DNA of 64,000 bases from Octopus sinensis (Eukaryota). The translations under genes were made by a program, and so were the position numbers. The stretch lies in assembly GCF_006345805.1 (NCBI RefSeq), contig NC_043002.1, positions 109,740,001-109,804,000 of the forward strand, written 5' to 3'. Shown here piece after piece: positions 38,612-51,189 of this stretch. The notes beneath the pieces were generated by a model that was not told where the DNA came from, made no database searches, and saw only the letters and a list, made by a program, of their open reading frames with translations. How positions within the stretch are numbered: the first letter of the stretch is position 1; each line of letters starts with the position of its first letter.

Positions 38612-39110
38612 TTGTCAGTTACAGAACTTGCCACTAGTTCTGTATTTAGTCGATGTCGTGTAGACACAGTCTATAACCGTCTAAATGCTATTATTCTATT
38701 GGCTGTTATCATTTTGTCATGAAGCATTACTGCAAACATAAAATGTCTGTATGGCAAAGATGAATTCTTGTTGATATAGCTATTGCTTATTGGACTATTA
38801 TCATCAACTATACAGATGAAACGCTAATCATTGTGTTTTCGTCTATACAACGTTTCGATGTCTGACCATCATCATATGCACATGTCACTAGACTTGATAC
38901 GAACTGGATCTATAAGTTCTTAGTATAACTAATTACAGTTTCACTTTTATCCATTCGGCCAATGAGGAATGTACACAGACATGCAGGAAGTAAATAGTCA
39001 CCTTTTCTGATCTAGTCGTCTTGATATGTTTTCAGCAGTGTAGAATTTACCATGTAATTATTCCTTTTCATTCCAGGTGCCATTATATTAAACATTTACG
39101 AAGAGTAACC

Positions 39111-39490
39111 GTGCCACGCACAAAAAATTCAGCAGAACTGTCAGATTTTCAAAGAGGTCGTATTGTTGGGCAATCTGAGGCTGGTCTTAGCCAGAGAAAA
39201 ATTGCCGAAAATCTTCAAATTCCTCTTGCTACTGTTAATAGAATTATAGTGCAATTTAAAAGTCAAGGAAAAGAATCAACAGATTCTCGTTCCGGCCGAC
39301 CTGGGCTCTCGGAAAGGAAGCTTCACTGTTTGAAGAGAATTATGGAAAACGAACCCCGTTCGAAAGCTTCTAACATTTCAAAATAGCTAGAAGTTAGTCC
39401 AGAAATGTGTGTTACATATCTGCATTAGCTTGGGTATTATGGACGAACAACTAGAAGAAAACTTCTCCTTCAACCAATTAATATCAAATA
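39111..39490 (+). pseudogene. Tc1-family transposase N-terminal (paired-like HTH) relic
   Basis: [45 protein letters not shown]...RSGRP, then stops. Confidence 0.8.
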
Positions 39491-39841
39491 AAAGATTTAG
39501 AAAATTAAAGGTGTCTATTTACTTCCTGCATGTCTGTGTATATTAAATATTACATTTATTTACGTCATAAGGATTTAGAACTTTGAAAGACTTGAAATAA
39601 ATCACGTGTTAAGGTCATCTCTACAGATTTTCCAATGAAAATCTACAAAAAACTCTAGAAAATTTGTAGCGATGACCTAAACAAGTGATTTAAGTGCACT
39701 GCTAACACAGTAGTACAGTTTTGTCTTATAGAAATCTTTAATATATTTTGTAGCATATTATAGTTGCATAACGAGATACCGTGTGCCTACAAGAGAAATA
39801 AATTGTTTTTAACAATTTCTTTAATTTGTAGTTATAAAATC

Positions 39842-40007
39842 ATGAAAATGTTTGATGAAAATGTCTGATGAAAATGTTTGATGAAAATGTCTGATGAAAA
39901 TATTTGATGAAAATGTCTGATGAAAATGTTTGATGAAAATGTTTGATGAAAATGCTTGATGAAACATTTTCATCAAACATTTTCATCAAACATTTTCATC
40001 GAACATT
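39842..40007. repeat. 13-bp minisatellite that inverts orientation mid-array
   Basis: 9 x ATGAAAATGT(T/C)TG then ATGAAA, followed by 3 x CATTTTCATC(A/G)AA. Confidence 0.95.
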
Positions 40008-41254
40008 GTGATATATTTAAACTTACATATCATTAAGCCTTGTTTGGGTCTTCATCAATTATTATTAGATATATATCTTTGATTGTTCTAAGTGTCCACT
40101 GTAGTTGTCTATCAATCATGATGCTCACCGGAAGCAACAATCGACCGATATGTTTCTATGGTTGGCGAAAAGAAAACCGAAGAGTAGTGTATCTAAAGCT
40201 TACCACCAGTGGCTTCCACTTAAACTATAACCTTCATCGTCTTTACAGAATTAAGTGGCAATCGTTTGGAGGGAATCAGAATGTCTGTGAATTGAAGATT
40301 CCTTGCCACTGGATTCAAACTATGAACGAGTTTCACCTCCCATAACCATTTTAAGGCAGGTATTGCCAAAAACCAACAACGTTGGGCATAACACACACCA
40401 ATGTATCGGTTTATACAAAAGAAATGAATTATCTGAGGAATATGTTTCTGAATAAGAAATACCCAACCAAATACCCCATATAAAAGCCACAAACACCTTT
40501 AAGTACAAAGTAAAGGTCAAACAAAATTCTGGTCTCTTAGCATAAGGGATTGTTTAGAAATATTCAGTGAATCTGACATAAAATATCAGAAATGCAATAT
40601 CATACTTTGAAGGTTTCCCATGAGAGTAAAAGCGACTGAAGATTGGTTAGAACTTAAGAACTTAAGAACTCTATGTATAAAATCTCATGTATTTGCAGAA
40701 GGTCTTATATATGAGAAACTTGGATGTTTCTAAATGTCAGAATATCGAGGAGGTTTTAATGAGAGGAGAAACATCTAGAACAAGAACAGCGGAACATATG
40801 TGATACGAAAAGATCATATATCGTAAAGGAATGATATTTTCATAATTGATAGAAAGTCATGTTATTTACTCACCCCATCACCGCCTCAACTCCCAACCCC
40901 TGAAACATTTGAAGCTAACTGGAATGGTCGGCCCTCCGCCAGTTCTAAACTATATCTGTCAACAGCTGCGCTTCAATCCTAATCTATCAGAATCCGTTAG
41001 ACAGGTGAGTGAAGCCATAATCTTAAACTTGTCCTGCCACATCTCAGTCGTGACCGCCTCTAAAAGGTCGTGGCTCCAGAGTAAATAAATAAATAAAATA
41101 AGAACAGTAAACTTAAAATCTGGTCAATTTGGGGGACAGATCTCGTATACATGCAGGTATATATATATGCATGCATGTATGTATGCATTCATATTAGTAC
41201 GTATGTATATAAGTACATGTATGTATATATGTATGTGTATTTGCACACACATAC

Positions 41255-41491
41255 TTTCTTTTATTCTTTTGTTTGTCATTTGACTGTGGCCATGCTGGAG
41301 CACCGCCTTTAGTCGAGCAAATCGACCCCAGGACTTATTCTTTGTAAGCCCAGTACTTATTCTATAGGTCTCTTTTGCCGAACCGCTAAGTTACGGGGAC
41401 GTAAACACACCAGCATCGGTTGTCAAGCGATGATGTGGGGGAGGGGAAGCACAGACACACAAGCACACACACAAACACACACACACACACA

Positions 41492-41542
<51 letters not shown>

Positions 41543-41900
41543 TTTTACACGACGGGCTTCTTTCAGTTTCCGTCTACCAAAAACACTCACAAGGATTTGG
41601 TCTGCCAGCGGCTATAGTAGAAGACACTTGCACCAGGTGCCACGCAGTGGGACTGAACCCGGAACCATATGGTAGGTAAGTAAGCTACTTACCACACAGC
41701 CACTCCTGCGCCTATAGATATATATATACATATATACGACGTGCTTCTTTCAGAATCCGTCTACCAAATCCACTCACAAGGCTTTGGTCGGCCCGAGGCT
41801 ATAGTAGAAGACACTTGCAAGGACCCACGCAGTGGTACTGAACCTGGAACATTGCGGTTGGTAAGCAAGCTACTTACCACACAGCCACTCCTGCGCCTAT
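41255..41900 (-). mobile_element. SINE family B full copy plus adjacent duplicated 5' half
   Basis: Full copy at 41255-41715 with internal (CA)n; second head and body at 41735-41900. Confidence 0.9.
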
Positions 41901-42128
41901 ACATGTATATCTCTAACGCAACTTAGTCCCCAAATTCTTACAAGCCACCTGGCACCAACCTCGAGATTGTTTCCTCTAACACCTTTTATCAAAATAGCCA
42001 CGTGACCTGAACTGAGCAACGAAGCTTCCCATCAGTTATTATCTCGTGGATACGTTCTTTAATCCTCTTCACTCTGATGTGTGCGTCTGAATGGAGTTGC
42101 ACAGCTGTAGCAACGAAACTTTGATTTG

Positions 42129-42163
<35 letters not shown>

Positions 42164-42235
42164 GTGACTGGACTGTAGCCATGCTGAGTAACCGCCTTGT
42201 AGGGTTTTCATCGAACGAATCGATCTCAGCACGTA

Positions 42236-42648
42236 TACTCTTTACTCTTTTACTCTTTTACTTGTTTCAGTCATTTGACTGCGGCCATGCTGGAGCACCG
42301 CCTTTAGTCGAGCGAATCGACCCCGGGACTTATTCTTTGTAAGCCCAGTACTTATTCTATCGGTCGCTTTTGCCGAACCGCTAAGTGACGGGGACGTAAA
42401 CACACCAGCATCGGTTGTCAAGCAATGCTAGGGGGACAAACACAGACACACAAACATATACACACACACATACATATATATACATATATACGACAGGCTT
42501 CTTTCAGTTTCCGTCTACCAAATTCACTCACAAGGTCTTGGTCGGCCCGAGGCTATAGCAGAAGACACTTGCCCAAGATGCCATGCAGTGGGACTGAACC
42601 CGGAACCATGTGGTTGGTAAGCAAGCTACTTACCACACAGCCACTCCT
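42236..42648 (-). mobile_element. SINE family B, near full length
   Basis: (TACTCTTT)n tail to CAGCCACTCCTG head. Confidence 0.95.
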
Positions 42649-42727
42649 GTTATGTGAGTATATATTGCCGCGAATCAAAGTAGAAAGATGAATAAAATAA
42701 GAAATAAGAAAGTTTCTAACTGAGAGC

Positions 42728-42940
42728 TTTTTTTTAAAAAAAAAACTTTGTATTTCGGGCACAAAAGACTATCTTCAGAAGAATATAATCAAAGAAATGA
42801 GTATTTACATAAATCCTGCCATTTTGGAGAACCCGGTGTTTGGGTAAAATGACAGGAGCTTTGTAAATGCACATTTCTTTGACTGAACCCTTCTGAAGAT
42901 GGTCCTTTGCACCCGAAATATAGAGTTTTTCTTTAAAAAA
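42728..42940. repeat. Imperfect ~95-bp-arm palindrome with a hammerhead-like core in each arm
   Basis: Arms 42731-42825 and 42846-42940; CTGAAGA-TGGTCCTTTGCACCC-GAAATATA at 42893-42922 and a diverged reverse copy near 42746-42778. Confidence 0.85.
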
Positions 42941-43169
42941 ATCTTTCTGCATTGTTAAAAGCTTTCTTTATTTCTCATTTCATTCATTGTTCTGCTTCCG
43001 GCGAACTTCAGCATTTTTCTTTTATTTTGGCGTAAAGTAAGACATGATGTAATTACTTCGTCTCAACATACCAAATATGCTACACTTGTTCCATTTGCCA
43101 TATTTTACCACAAAAGAATTTTCTTTATTTATTAAACCACTTCTGGTACTTATATACGCTACCGCACAA

Positions 43170-43460
43170 ATTCTTCAACCCCAAACTGTTTAATTCTAAA
43201 TCGCACATTTTAGTATCTCTGATAAGAGACCACTTGGTACGCTGATGACTGTGGTATCGTCACACACAATGAAAAAGATTTACAAACTCTTATAGATAAA
43301 ATTTCTTTGGCATGTAACATGCTAAACCTCAAAATAATTCTTGATAAATCATCTATTCTTTATCAGCTCGGTTCTGGAATGCCTCTTGCGTATCCTAAGA
43401 TCACGGTATGGGGTAAAACTTTGAAAAATCTTGTTTTGTAATATCTTGACAGCCCGTTAA
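43170..43460 (+). pseudogene. RTE-clade LINE reverse transcriptase fragment
   Basis: LIRDHL-YADDCGIVTHNEKDLQTLIDKISLACNMLNLKI; YADD at 43238-43249. Confidence 0.75.
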
Positions 43461-44795
43461 ATGGGAAGAGAAAACCTGATGACTAAACTGCAAATAAAAT
43501 TTAGAAATCATATCTTTTGCAAAGTTACAATCTTTGCTATGATCTTAACACTGTATAAAAGCAATGATACTAAAATAGTGGAGTAGATGCGTGAAGTAGT
43601 GACAGAGAATATGCAATCCTAAAACTAGTTTAATTATGTTTGAGAGATATTTTAAGTTGTATAGGCTTTACACTGCAGTTTGTTGTGAAATAAAAAAATT
43701 CTCATTAAAGCCATGCATTTTGTGTGTTTTTAATGCAGAACTGTGAATCAGGGGCATTGTATTCGAAGTATGTTAAATTGTTGTAATGCATTCAGTTGTC
43801 TTCAACAAATTTTGCCTTAAAGTGACCATGTTACGTTTAAGTCTTGGAGTTATCAAATATTGTAAAGCACATATCTCAGGTGATGTGGCAGACAAAGATA
43901 GGTAGGCCATCTTTAATTCGTAAAATGAAAAAAAAGATGAAAGAATTTCAAAACATCTACTCCATAGTGAACACGATTCTTTATAGAGTAAATATTTCGA
44001 TATTGTTTTATCAAAGGAGCGTCCTATAAAGACGGGTTTAAATATGATCTTGAAAAAAGTAATATTCATGAGGAACGTTTGAAAAATAGTTGATGGGGCA
44101 TCATGGAGTATTTTTATGGGAACCTAATTAAATAATCTCATCGAGATCATCGACCCTGTTCTTCCTGCTCAAGGAAAGGATCAATAATGTTTTTTTTAAT
44201 GTTCAACTAGTATCAAAGTTTGTCTTTTTAAGACTGGTCTTATTATTTACTCAAGGCAATAATAGATCAATAACAGCCGAAAAGAATACTTCTGATAGTC
44301 ATATAATAAATGTTGTGTGTCTGTTGATAGTTTGAAAAGACACGTGACTGGACACGATGATATTTGTCGCTATTCTGCATTTAAAAAGACAAATCATTAG
44401 AGCTATCTTTGCTTAGAACCCTATTAAAAAATGCAATAACCATTCTAATTATTCAACTGACTCTCGCTCTCAACACATATGCGCGCGCACACAACAACAC
44501 ACACACACACACACACTCACACATGCCATTCGCATGATTTGAGAAGGATATATTGAACCGTTTATCTCTACACGTTTTTTCCCTCTCGCAGTTCTTTTTT
44601 AAGCTCTCTCTCCGTTTTTTTCTCTCTCAAGCTTTTCTGTCAAAGAGCGGAGGCTCGAAAAGTCGAAGAGTTTCCCATTCTTCACGAGCGTTAAACTAAT
44701 AAACCTGTTTGTTGTTCCTACATGTGTCTTCTTTTGTTTTCTGCAAATTTGAGCTGCACACAGACACACAGACACACACACAAACACACACACAG

Positions 44796-44829
<34 letters not shown>

Positions 44830-44975
44830 ACACACACAGACACACACACACAGACACACACACACAGATATGTATATGTGAGTGTGCACGCGTATTCATA
44901 AATTTGCGCATGTATGTGTATATATACGTATATACGTGTATGTGTGGATATGTGTGTACGTGTGATATGTGTGAA

Positions 44976-45199
44976 AGGCGGCGAGCTGGCAGAAACATTA
45001 GCACGCCGGACGAAATGCGTAGCCGTATTTCGTCTGCCGTTACGTTCTGAGTTCAAATTCCGCCGAGGCCGACTTTGCCTTTCATCCATTCGGGGTCGAT
45101 AAATTAAGTACCAGTTATGCACTGGGGTCGATGTAATCTACTTAAAGAAAAAAATGTTTGTCCCCTCTGTGTTTAGCCCCTTGTGGGTAATAAAGAAAT
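44976..45199 (+). mobile_element. SINE family A, full length
   Basis: AGGCGGCGAGCTGGCAGAAAC head and AAAGAAAT tail. Confidence 0.95.
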
Positions 45200-45766
45200 G
45201 TATGTGTGTACGTGTGGATGTATGTATATGTGTGGATATATGCATGTCTCTGTGTATATATATATGGACGTACGGATACATATATGCATGCGTATATATG
45301 TATACGTGCGTACTTGCATATACATACAAATCTTCATGACATTATTCATACCATATAAACGATTATTTTATTCTTTTATTAACCATAAACTTACCTTATT
45401 TATATTTAAATTTTCTCTATCTTCCCTATTTAATTTATTCATTTTTTGTCCTAATTCTTTTTACCTACTCTATCTCACCTCCAATCAACCTGTAAATCCC
45501 TCGCCCCAACAATATAAATTATAAACCGTATTATTCAGTCTGCTATAATGAATCCATAAACACATATAAAACATCCAAAGGTATAATTTTTTGCTCTGAA
45601 GATACTATGCTCAGGCCATATAAATTTAATATTTACTTAATATTTACTGAGTATTAATTGAAACAGCTGTAAAGGATAATTATTAATCTGCTGTTAATAA
45701 TAAACAATTAGCAACTTCCTAATCTCCATTTTCTCTTTCTTCTTTTTATATGAATCTAAACAATGT

Positions 45767-45859
<93 letters not shown>

Positions 45860-45864
45860 GTCTG

Positions 45865-45946
<82 letters not shown>

Positions 45947-45953
45947 CCTCTCC

Positions 45954-45994
<41 letters not shown>

Positions 45995-45995
<1 letters not shown>

Positions 45996-46376
45996 CTTTA
46001 TATATAAAAGTGAAGTTGTGTGTCTGTTTCCTACGATTTAGATTCCTAACTACTCCCACATTTTGCGGTGCAGTTTAACCAAAACCGGGTATCTTATAGT
46101 CGTGATTCATATCGAGCCCTTCTGGGTATTAGCGCGCGTCTACGATGAGTCTACGATTTTAAAACTAATTTACCATCATTTTTTCCATTTTAATGCATTT
46201 TCGCTATTATATAAGGGAAGTAACTCTCTAAAAATGTCTACGATGAGTCAACGATTTAAAAAAATTTACCATCATTCTTTTTCCATTTTTAATGCATTTT
46301 TTTGCTATAACTCTCTAAAAATGCTTATATAGTTATTTCCCTTACAAACCCGAGCAACACCGGGCGATACTGCCAG
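45995..46376 (+). mobile_element. Non-autonomous Helitron with internal duplication and CCAG 3' end
   Basis: A|TC start, hairpin CCCGAGCAACACCGGG, CCAG|T. Confidence 0.85.
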
Positions 46377-46427
46377 TATATATATATATATATATATATA
46401 CTTTATTTTAAGCAGCAGAAAATTCAA

Positions 46428-46477
46428 CAAAATCTGTTACTCTGAGTTTCCCGTTGCCGTTCATCAGACAGTTTTTG
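46428..46477 (-). ncRNA. Type I hammerhead ribozyme candidate (PLE pseudo-LTR type)
   Basis: Minus strand CAAAAACTGT-CTGATGA-ACGGCAACGG-GAAACTC-A-GAGT-A|ACAGATTTTG: helix I 9/10 bp, GCAA-capped helix II, 4-bp helix III, GUA triplet. Confidence 0.75.
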
Positions 46478-47479
46478 CTAGAATGGAACATATATATTAA
46501 TTCAATCTATACTCTTACAAACGCTACACCTTTAAAAAGAAATGGACTTGTTTGATTGGCCCTTTAGAAAAAACGGTCAATCTTCGAGCGATAAACATAT
46601 ATATATGTATATATATATATGTATATATATATAAAAAAACTTATAAAAATTATAAAAATTATAAAATCCGAGGAAAAAACCGAGGAAAAAACCTATTGCC
46701 GTTAATGAAGACAGTACAAATTAATGCATAGAAATTAAACCTGTTATAAATACTGCAATACATATTTATATTAAAATCCACATATATATATCAACATACA
46801 CAAAAGGATGCGCGTAAACCCATACATACATATACAGACGTATGAATATGAATCTAAATTATACACATAAAAGCATGTGTACATATATTCACGCAAACCG
46901 TCTCGCACGCAAGTTAAAATTCATCTATGTAGCATTCTCATATACTGAGCAAGGAGGGGGAACGAAAGAAAGGGAAAGAGATAAAAAGGAACGAAAGAGG
47001 GGTGGGGGGGAACTTGTAGCGATGTTATTGGCATCTATAGAGGCCAGTATACATACACAAGTTTGAATTGATACATATACATACCGTCGTGTGTATGCGT
47101 GCTTAAGCACAAGCATACTTTCACTTACACATACACAGATACGCATGCTTACAAATACATATGCTTTGCTATACACAAACTTATATAAACATTCTAAATT
47201 TGACAACATTGCTTTTTTTAAAAAAAAACATTGCTTTTAAAAAATGGGTTGCATTAATAAAAATATATACGAAAGACATATAAAATAAAATATAACATCC
47301 TATTTTGGGTCATTTATAAATAATCAAGGTAATATAAATAATCAAGGTAATCCTATGCAATACAATAACATGAAAACAAAGTTTGTAGGTTTTTCCTAAT
47401 ATATATGTAAAAACAATAAGACTTTGCTATAGATCGTCGTAGCGCTTAAGAGTCAAAATCAAAATCAAAATCAAAATAC

Positions 47480-49265
47480 AAAATATATACTCTATCCATA
47501 TGGTATATTTATATTCGACATTTTAAATTTAGCCGCGTGCCTACATAAGTTCATTAACTCACTTCTTTGATTCAAAGAATTATTGTCTTTGAATAATATG
47601 TGCATTTTTCTAATAAGCAAAGCTTGCACTTGAAATTATATTTGTAAGCTCCATGCCTGTATGGTGCCGCCCTGTCCAGAATGCTCCATGTCACGTTGAA
47701 AGTGGGGCTTCCTTTTCTTTTAGTTCCAGACATATTTTGCTAGGCTGGTTTTCTTCCTATTCTCTGGGTATTTAAAAGAATTCTTATGAGAATAAAATCT
47801 TGTTTTAAATGAATTTTCTGAAGCCCCTGTGTATGTCTTGTATTCCGATGAGCCTTCCACTTGCACCTTGGCTCTATAAACTACTCTTTCACTAGACATT
47901 TCCCTTCTAACGGACAGGAGCTTTCATTTTTGAAATTACATTTCTTAATGGGCTCGGCACCATGTCTAATCTCAATTAGCTTCCTATTATGTTGGCTAAT
48001 GTAAGAGGCGAAATTTCTGCAACAAGAATAGCTAACCTTCAGGTTCTTCTATTAAATATTCTGTAGAATTTATGACCCTGCTTAAAATGCTTAGAGACTA
48101 ATCTCAAAAATTCCTTACCTATATTAGTCTTTACGGCCAAATTGAAAGCCGGGTTGAACCACAAAACTTTCCTGGTCCTAGTTCTTCGTGCAGCATTATT
48201 ATTAGCATTAAGCTGGTTGAACTGGATCTTCTCCGAGAATCCACTATTCTTTAATGCGCTATCGTAATAAGGTGCAGCATTATGGAATGCTGCCTCGTCC
48301 GAAGAAATTGAAGATATTCTTCTACCTACATTGCTGACTAAGTTGCTAAGGATAACTGGTGGATGGTTCGAATCTTTGCTAATATACGATAGCTTTTCAT
48401 TGGGCTTACGGAAAGGTTTAAATCTATCCGATCTTACATTAAAATTTACGTCTAAAAAATCTACACTATTCAGGTTAGTATCTATCGTAATCCGTAAGCC
48501 CATCCTTTGAAAGAAAGCTATAAGGTCCTTCCTAAGTCTATCTGATTCATGGCCGTTTAGATTATGCGTGGCTATAAGGCCGTCATCCCTATATAGACCT
48601 GCATCTATAAATGGGAATTCTATTTTTAGATTATGGAGAATAAAGGCTCCTATGAGCATACATAATTCAGCCCCGTCGTATGCCCCCATCGGTACATCGA
48701 AAAGAGAATCTCAGTCTTCTTAATCCAGGTGGAATCCTCGAAAAACAGAAGCGATTTCCTCGCATGCATAATAATTTCAATTTCCGAGCTATCGATGTTG
48801 ACATACTGCTTGGCGAAGTCCAATGCCCTTAGGAGCAACGTCCTAGATATCGACGGGTAAAAGTCAATAATGTCGAATTGTGTGAAACTACAATTATTCT
48901 TATAGCTAATACCTTTAAACCACTTATAACTGACTTACTATTCTTCCAAATTCTCAAGTCTACTTCACTATCTAACTTAACTAAAATACGGTCCAAAATA
49001 TTTTTGCTAATAATTCCTATCTCAGTTTTAGCCGGATTATCAATCTACATTTGGGGTTTCTACTAAAATTGTCTTTATGGTCTTTCAGAGTAATAAAAGC
49101 TGGTCGTGGTGGGTATGAAAGGTATTCAATCCTATCGCTAATCTTAAGATCGTTAGCTATTCCTCTTGCTTCTAAGTTCACCTCTTTGTATATATTCGTG
49201 TTGTCTTTTTTGTATGTGTCCGTGACACTATTCGAAATCAGGCGTTTATAAACGTCCTTATACGT
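47480..49265 (-). mobile_element. Penelope-like element, Naiad-type (RT + C-terminal GIY-YIG), 5'-truncated and frameshifted
   Basis: AFITLKDHKDNF..NPKCRLINPAK, FDIIDFYPSI, FDVPMGAYDGAE, YRDDGL, FLDV, SNHPP, WFNPAF, SYSC, CPLEGKCL, VVYRAKV...YTGASENSFKTRFYSH, CKLCLLEK, LNQRSELMNLCRH. Confidence 0.85.
48039..48689 (-). pseudogene. PLE reverse transcriptase segment (longest open piece)
   Basis: ORF track 216 aa with YRDD catalytic motif; frameshifts on both sides. Confidence 0.9.
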
Positions 49266-49281
49266 ACTATTTTAAGGAAAT

Positions 49282-49410
49282 TACCGTATAAAATTTGGAA
49301 AAAAGGTTTTGTAAGGGATTATAATTCTATCCAAGTATAAGAAACTCCCATATTTTTTTAAACCTAATTCTTGACAAAAGAGTGTTCCTTATACACGTTA
49401 AAATACGGTA
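49282..49410. mobile_element. Possible pogo/Tigger-like MITE relic
   Basis: TACCGTAT...ATACGGTA termini only. Confidence 0.3.
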
Positions 49411-49561
49411 ATTCTCCGAAAGTACCAGGTATTGAACCAGGATTTGGATGAGACCATCTCTTCATGAGGTTAACACAACTTCTAATAGAACACACATAAG
49501 CATGCATATCTCTCACTGTCACTTTCTCTTACATACCTATATGTATGCATGTATTTATATC

Positions 49562-49793
49562 TATTTCTTTACTACCCACAAGGGGCTAAACACAGAGGGG
49601 ACAAACAAGGACAGACAAATGGATTAAGTCGATTACATCGACCCCAGTGCGTAACTGGTACTTTATTTATCGACCCCGAAAGGATGAAAGGCAAAGTCGA
49701 CCTCGGCGGAGTTTGAACTCAGAACGTAGCGGCAGACGAAATACGGCTACGCATTTCGCCCGGCGTGCTAACGTTTCTGCCAGCTCGCCGCCT
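49562..49793 (-). mobile_element. SINE family A, full length
   Basis: TATTTCTTT tail to CAGCTCGCCGCCT head. Confidence 0.95.
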
Positions 49794-50352
49794 TTTAATA
49801 TTTAAATATACTCACGTTTATGTACGTAGAAGCAAAAATATGTGAGTATATATGTATATATGTATATACATATATTAATACACAAACATAACGTATATTT
49901 ATACGCACACGCATACACATATATATATGTGTATACTCATCCATTCGAATTAAAGATCTGAACTCGTAAACGTCGAAGACAGACATTGCGATTATCTCGC
50001 TAGTGCACATGCACAATGCGCCCCCGCAACTCTGTCACCTCCAATACTATGAATCCAACTGTGGGACAGGAAACGATCGCCATTGAAACAGATTGTGCTC
50101 TGTAGTACAATCACAATCACAGTCCGATGCAATGAGAATGTGAACGCTTCAACTTGTTTGATTACTTTTACACGAGAAATCGAACAAAACATCGACTAAC
50201 GCTTCCGGTCTTTCTTTTATATTTCGTTGCGCTCTTCTGACACTTTGCACAAAAAGACAGTCTGAAGAAAGATAAAGAATTATGGGAACAATTCATTCAC
50301 GAGCTGTCGAATATATATATATACATATATATATATATACATATATATATAT

Positions 50353-50402
<50 letters not shown>

Positions 50403-50403
50403 G

Positions 50404-50501
<98 letters not shown>

Positions 50502-50502
50502 C

Positions 50503-50615
<113 letters not shown>

Positions 50616-50906
50616 AATTCGTACATTGTTGTTATATTTTGTAGATTTCGTTCTTACCTCAATTAAAGTGGAAACAGTTGTAGTGGTGGTGTGGTGGCGG
50701 TGAGAGAGAAAGAAGGAGAAAGAGAGAAAGAGGGAGAAAGAGAGAAAGAGGGAGAAAGAGAGAAAGAAAGAAAGAAAATACGTGTAATAATACAGCACAA
50801 TATGTTTCCTGTTGTAATTGTTGGTATATAATAGCAAGATATTGCAAAGAATATATATATAATACAATATATATAATATAATACTGTACAGGATATGCGT
50901 GTATAT

Positions 50907-50979
<73 letters not shown>

Positions 50980-51037
50980 GTGTGTTGTGTGTATGAGAGA
51001 GTGTGTGTGTGTGTGTGAGAGAGAGTGGTGTAACAAA

Positions 51038-51129
<92 letters not shown>

Positions 51130-51189
51130 CTGTCTGTCTGTCTATCTGTCTGTCCATGTATGTATGTATCTGTCTAGTTATCTATGTTT

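Noticed and set aside
40300-40480. Possible Penelope-like thumb-domain relic (KEMNYLRNMFLNKKYP)
   Set aside because: Single weak motif; not enough to annotate.
41940-42120. Possible old mariner relic on the minus strand (VGARWL)
   Set aside because: One hexapeptide only.
50215-50255. Hammerhead-like motif on the minus strand (CAGAAGA-GCGCAAC-GAAATATA)
   Set aside because: Core U4 is mutated and helices I and II do not pair; at best a decayed relic.
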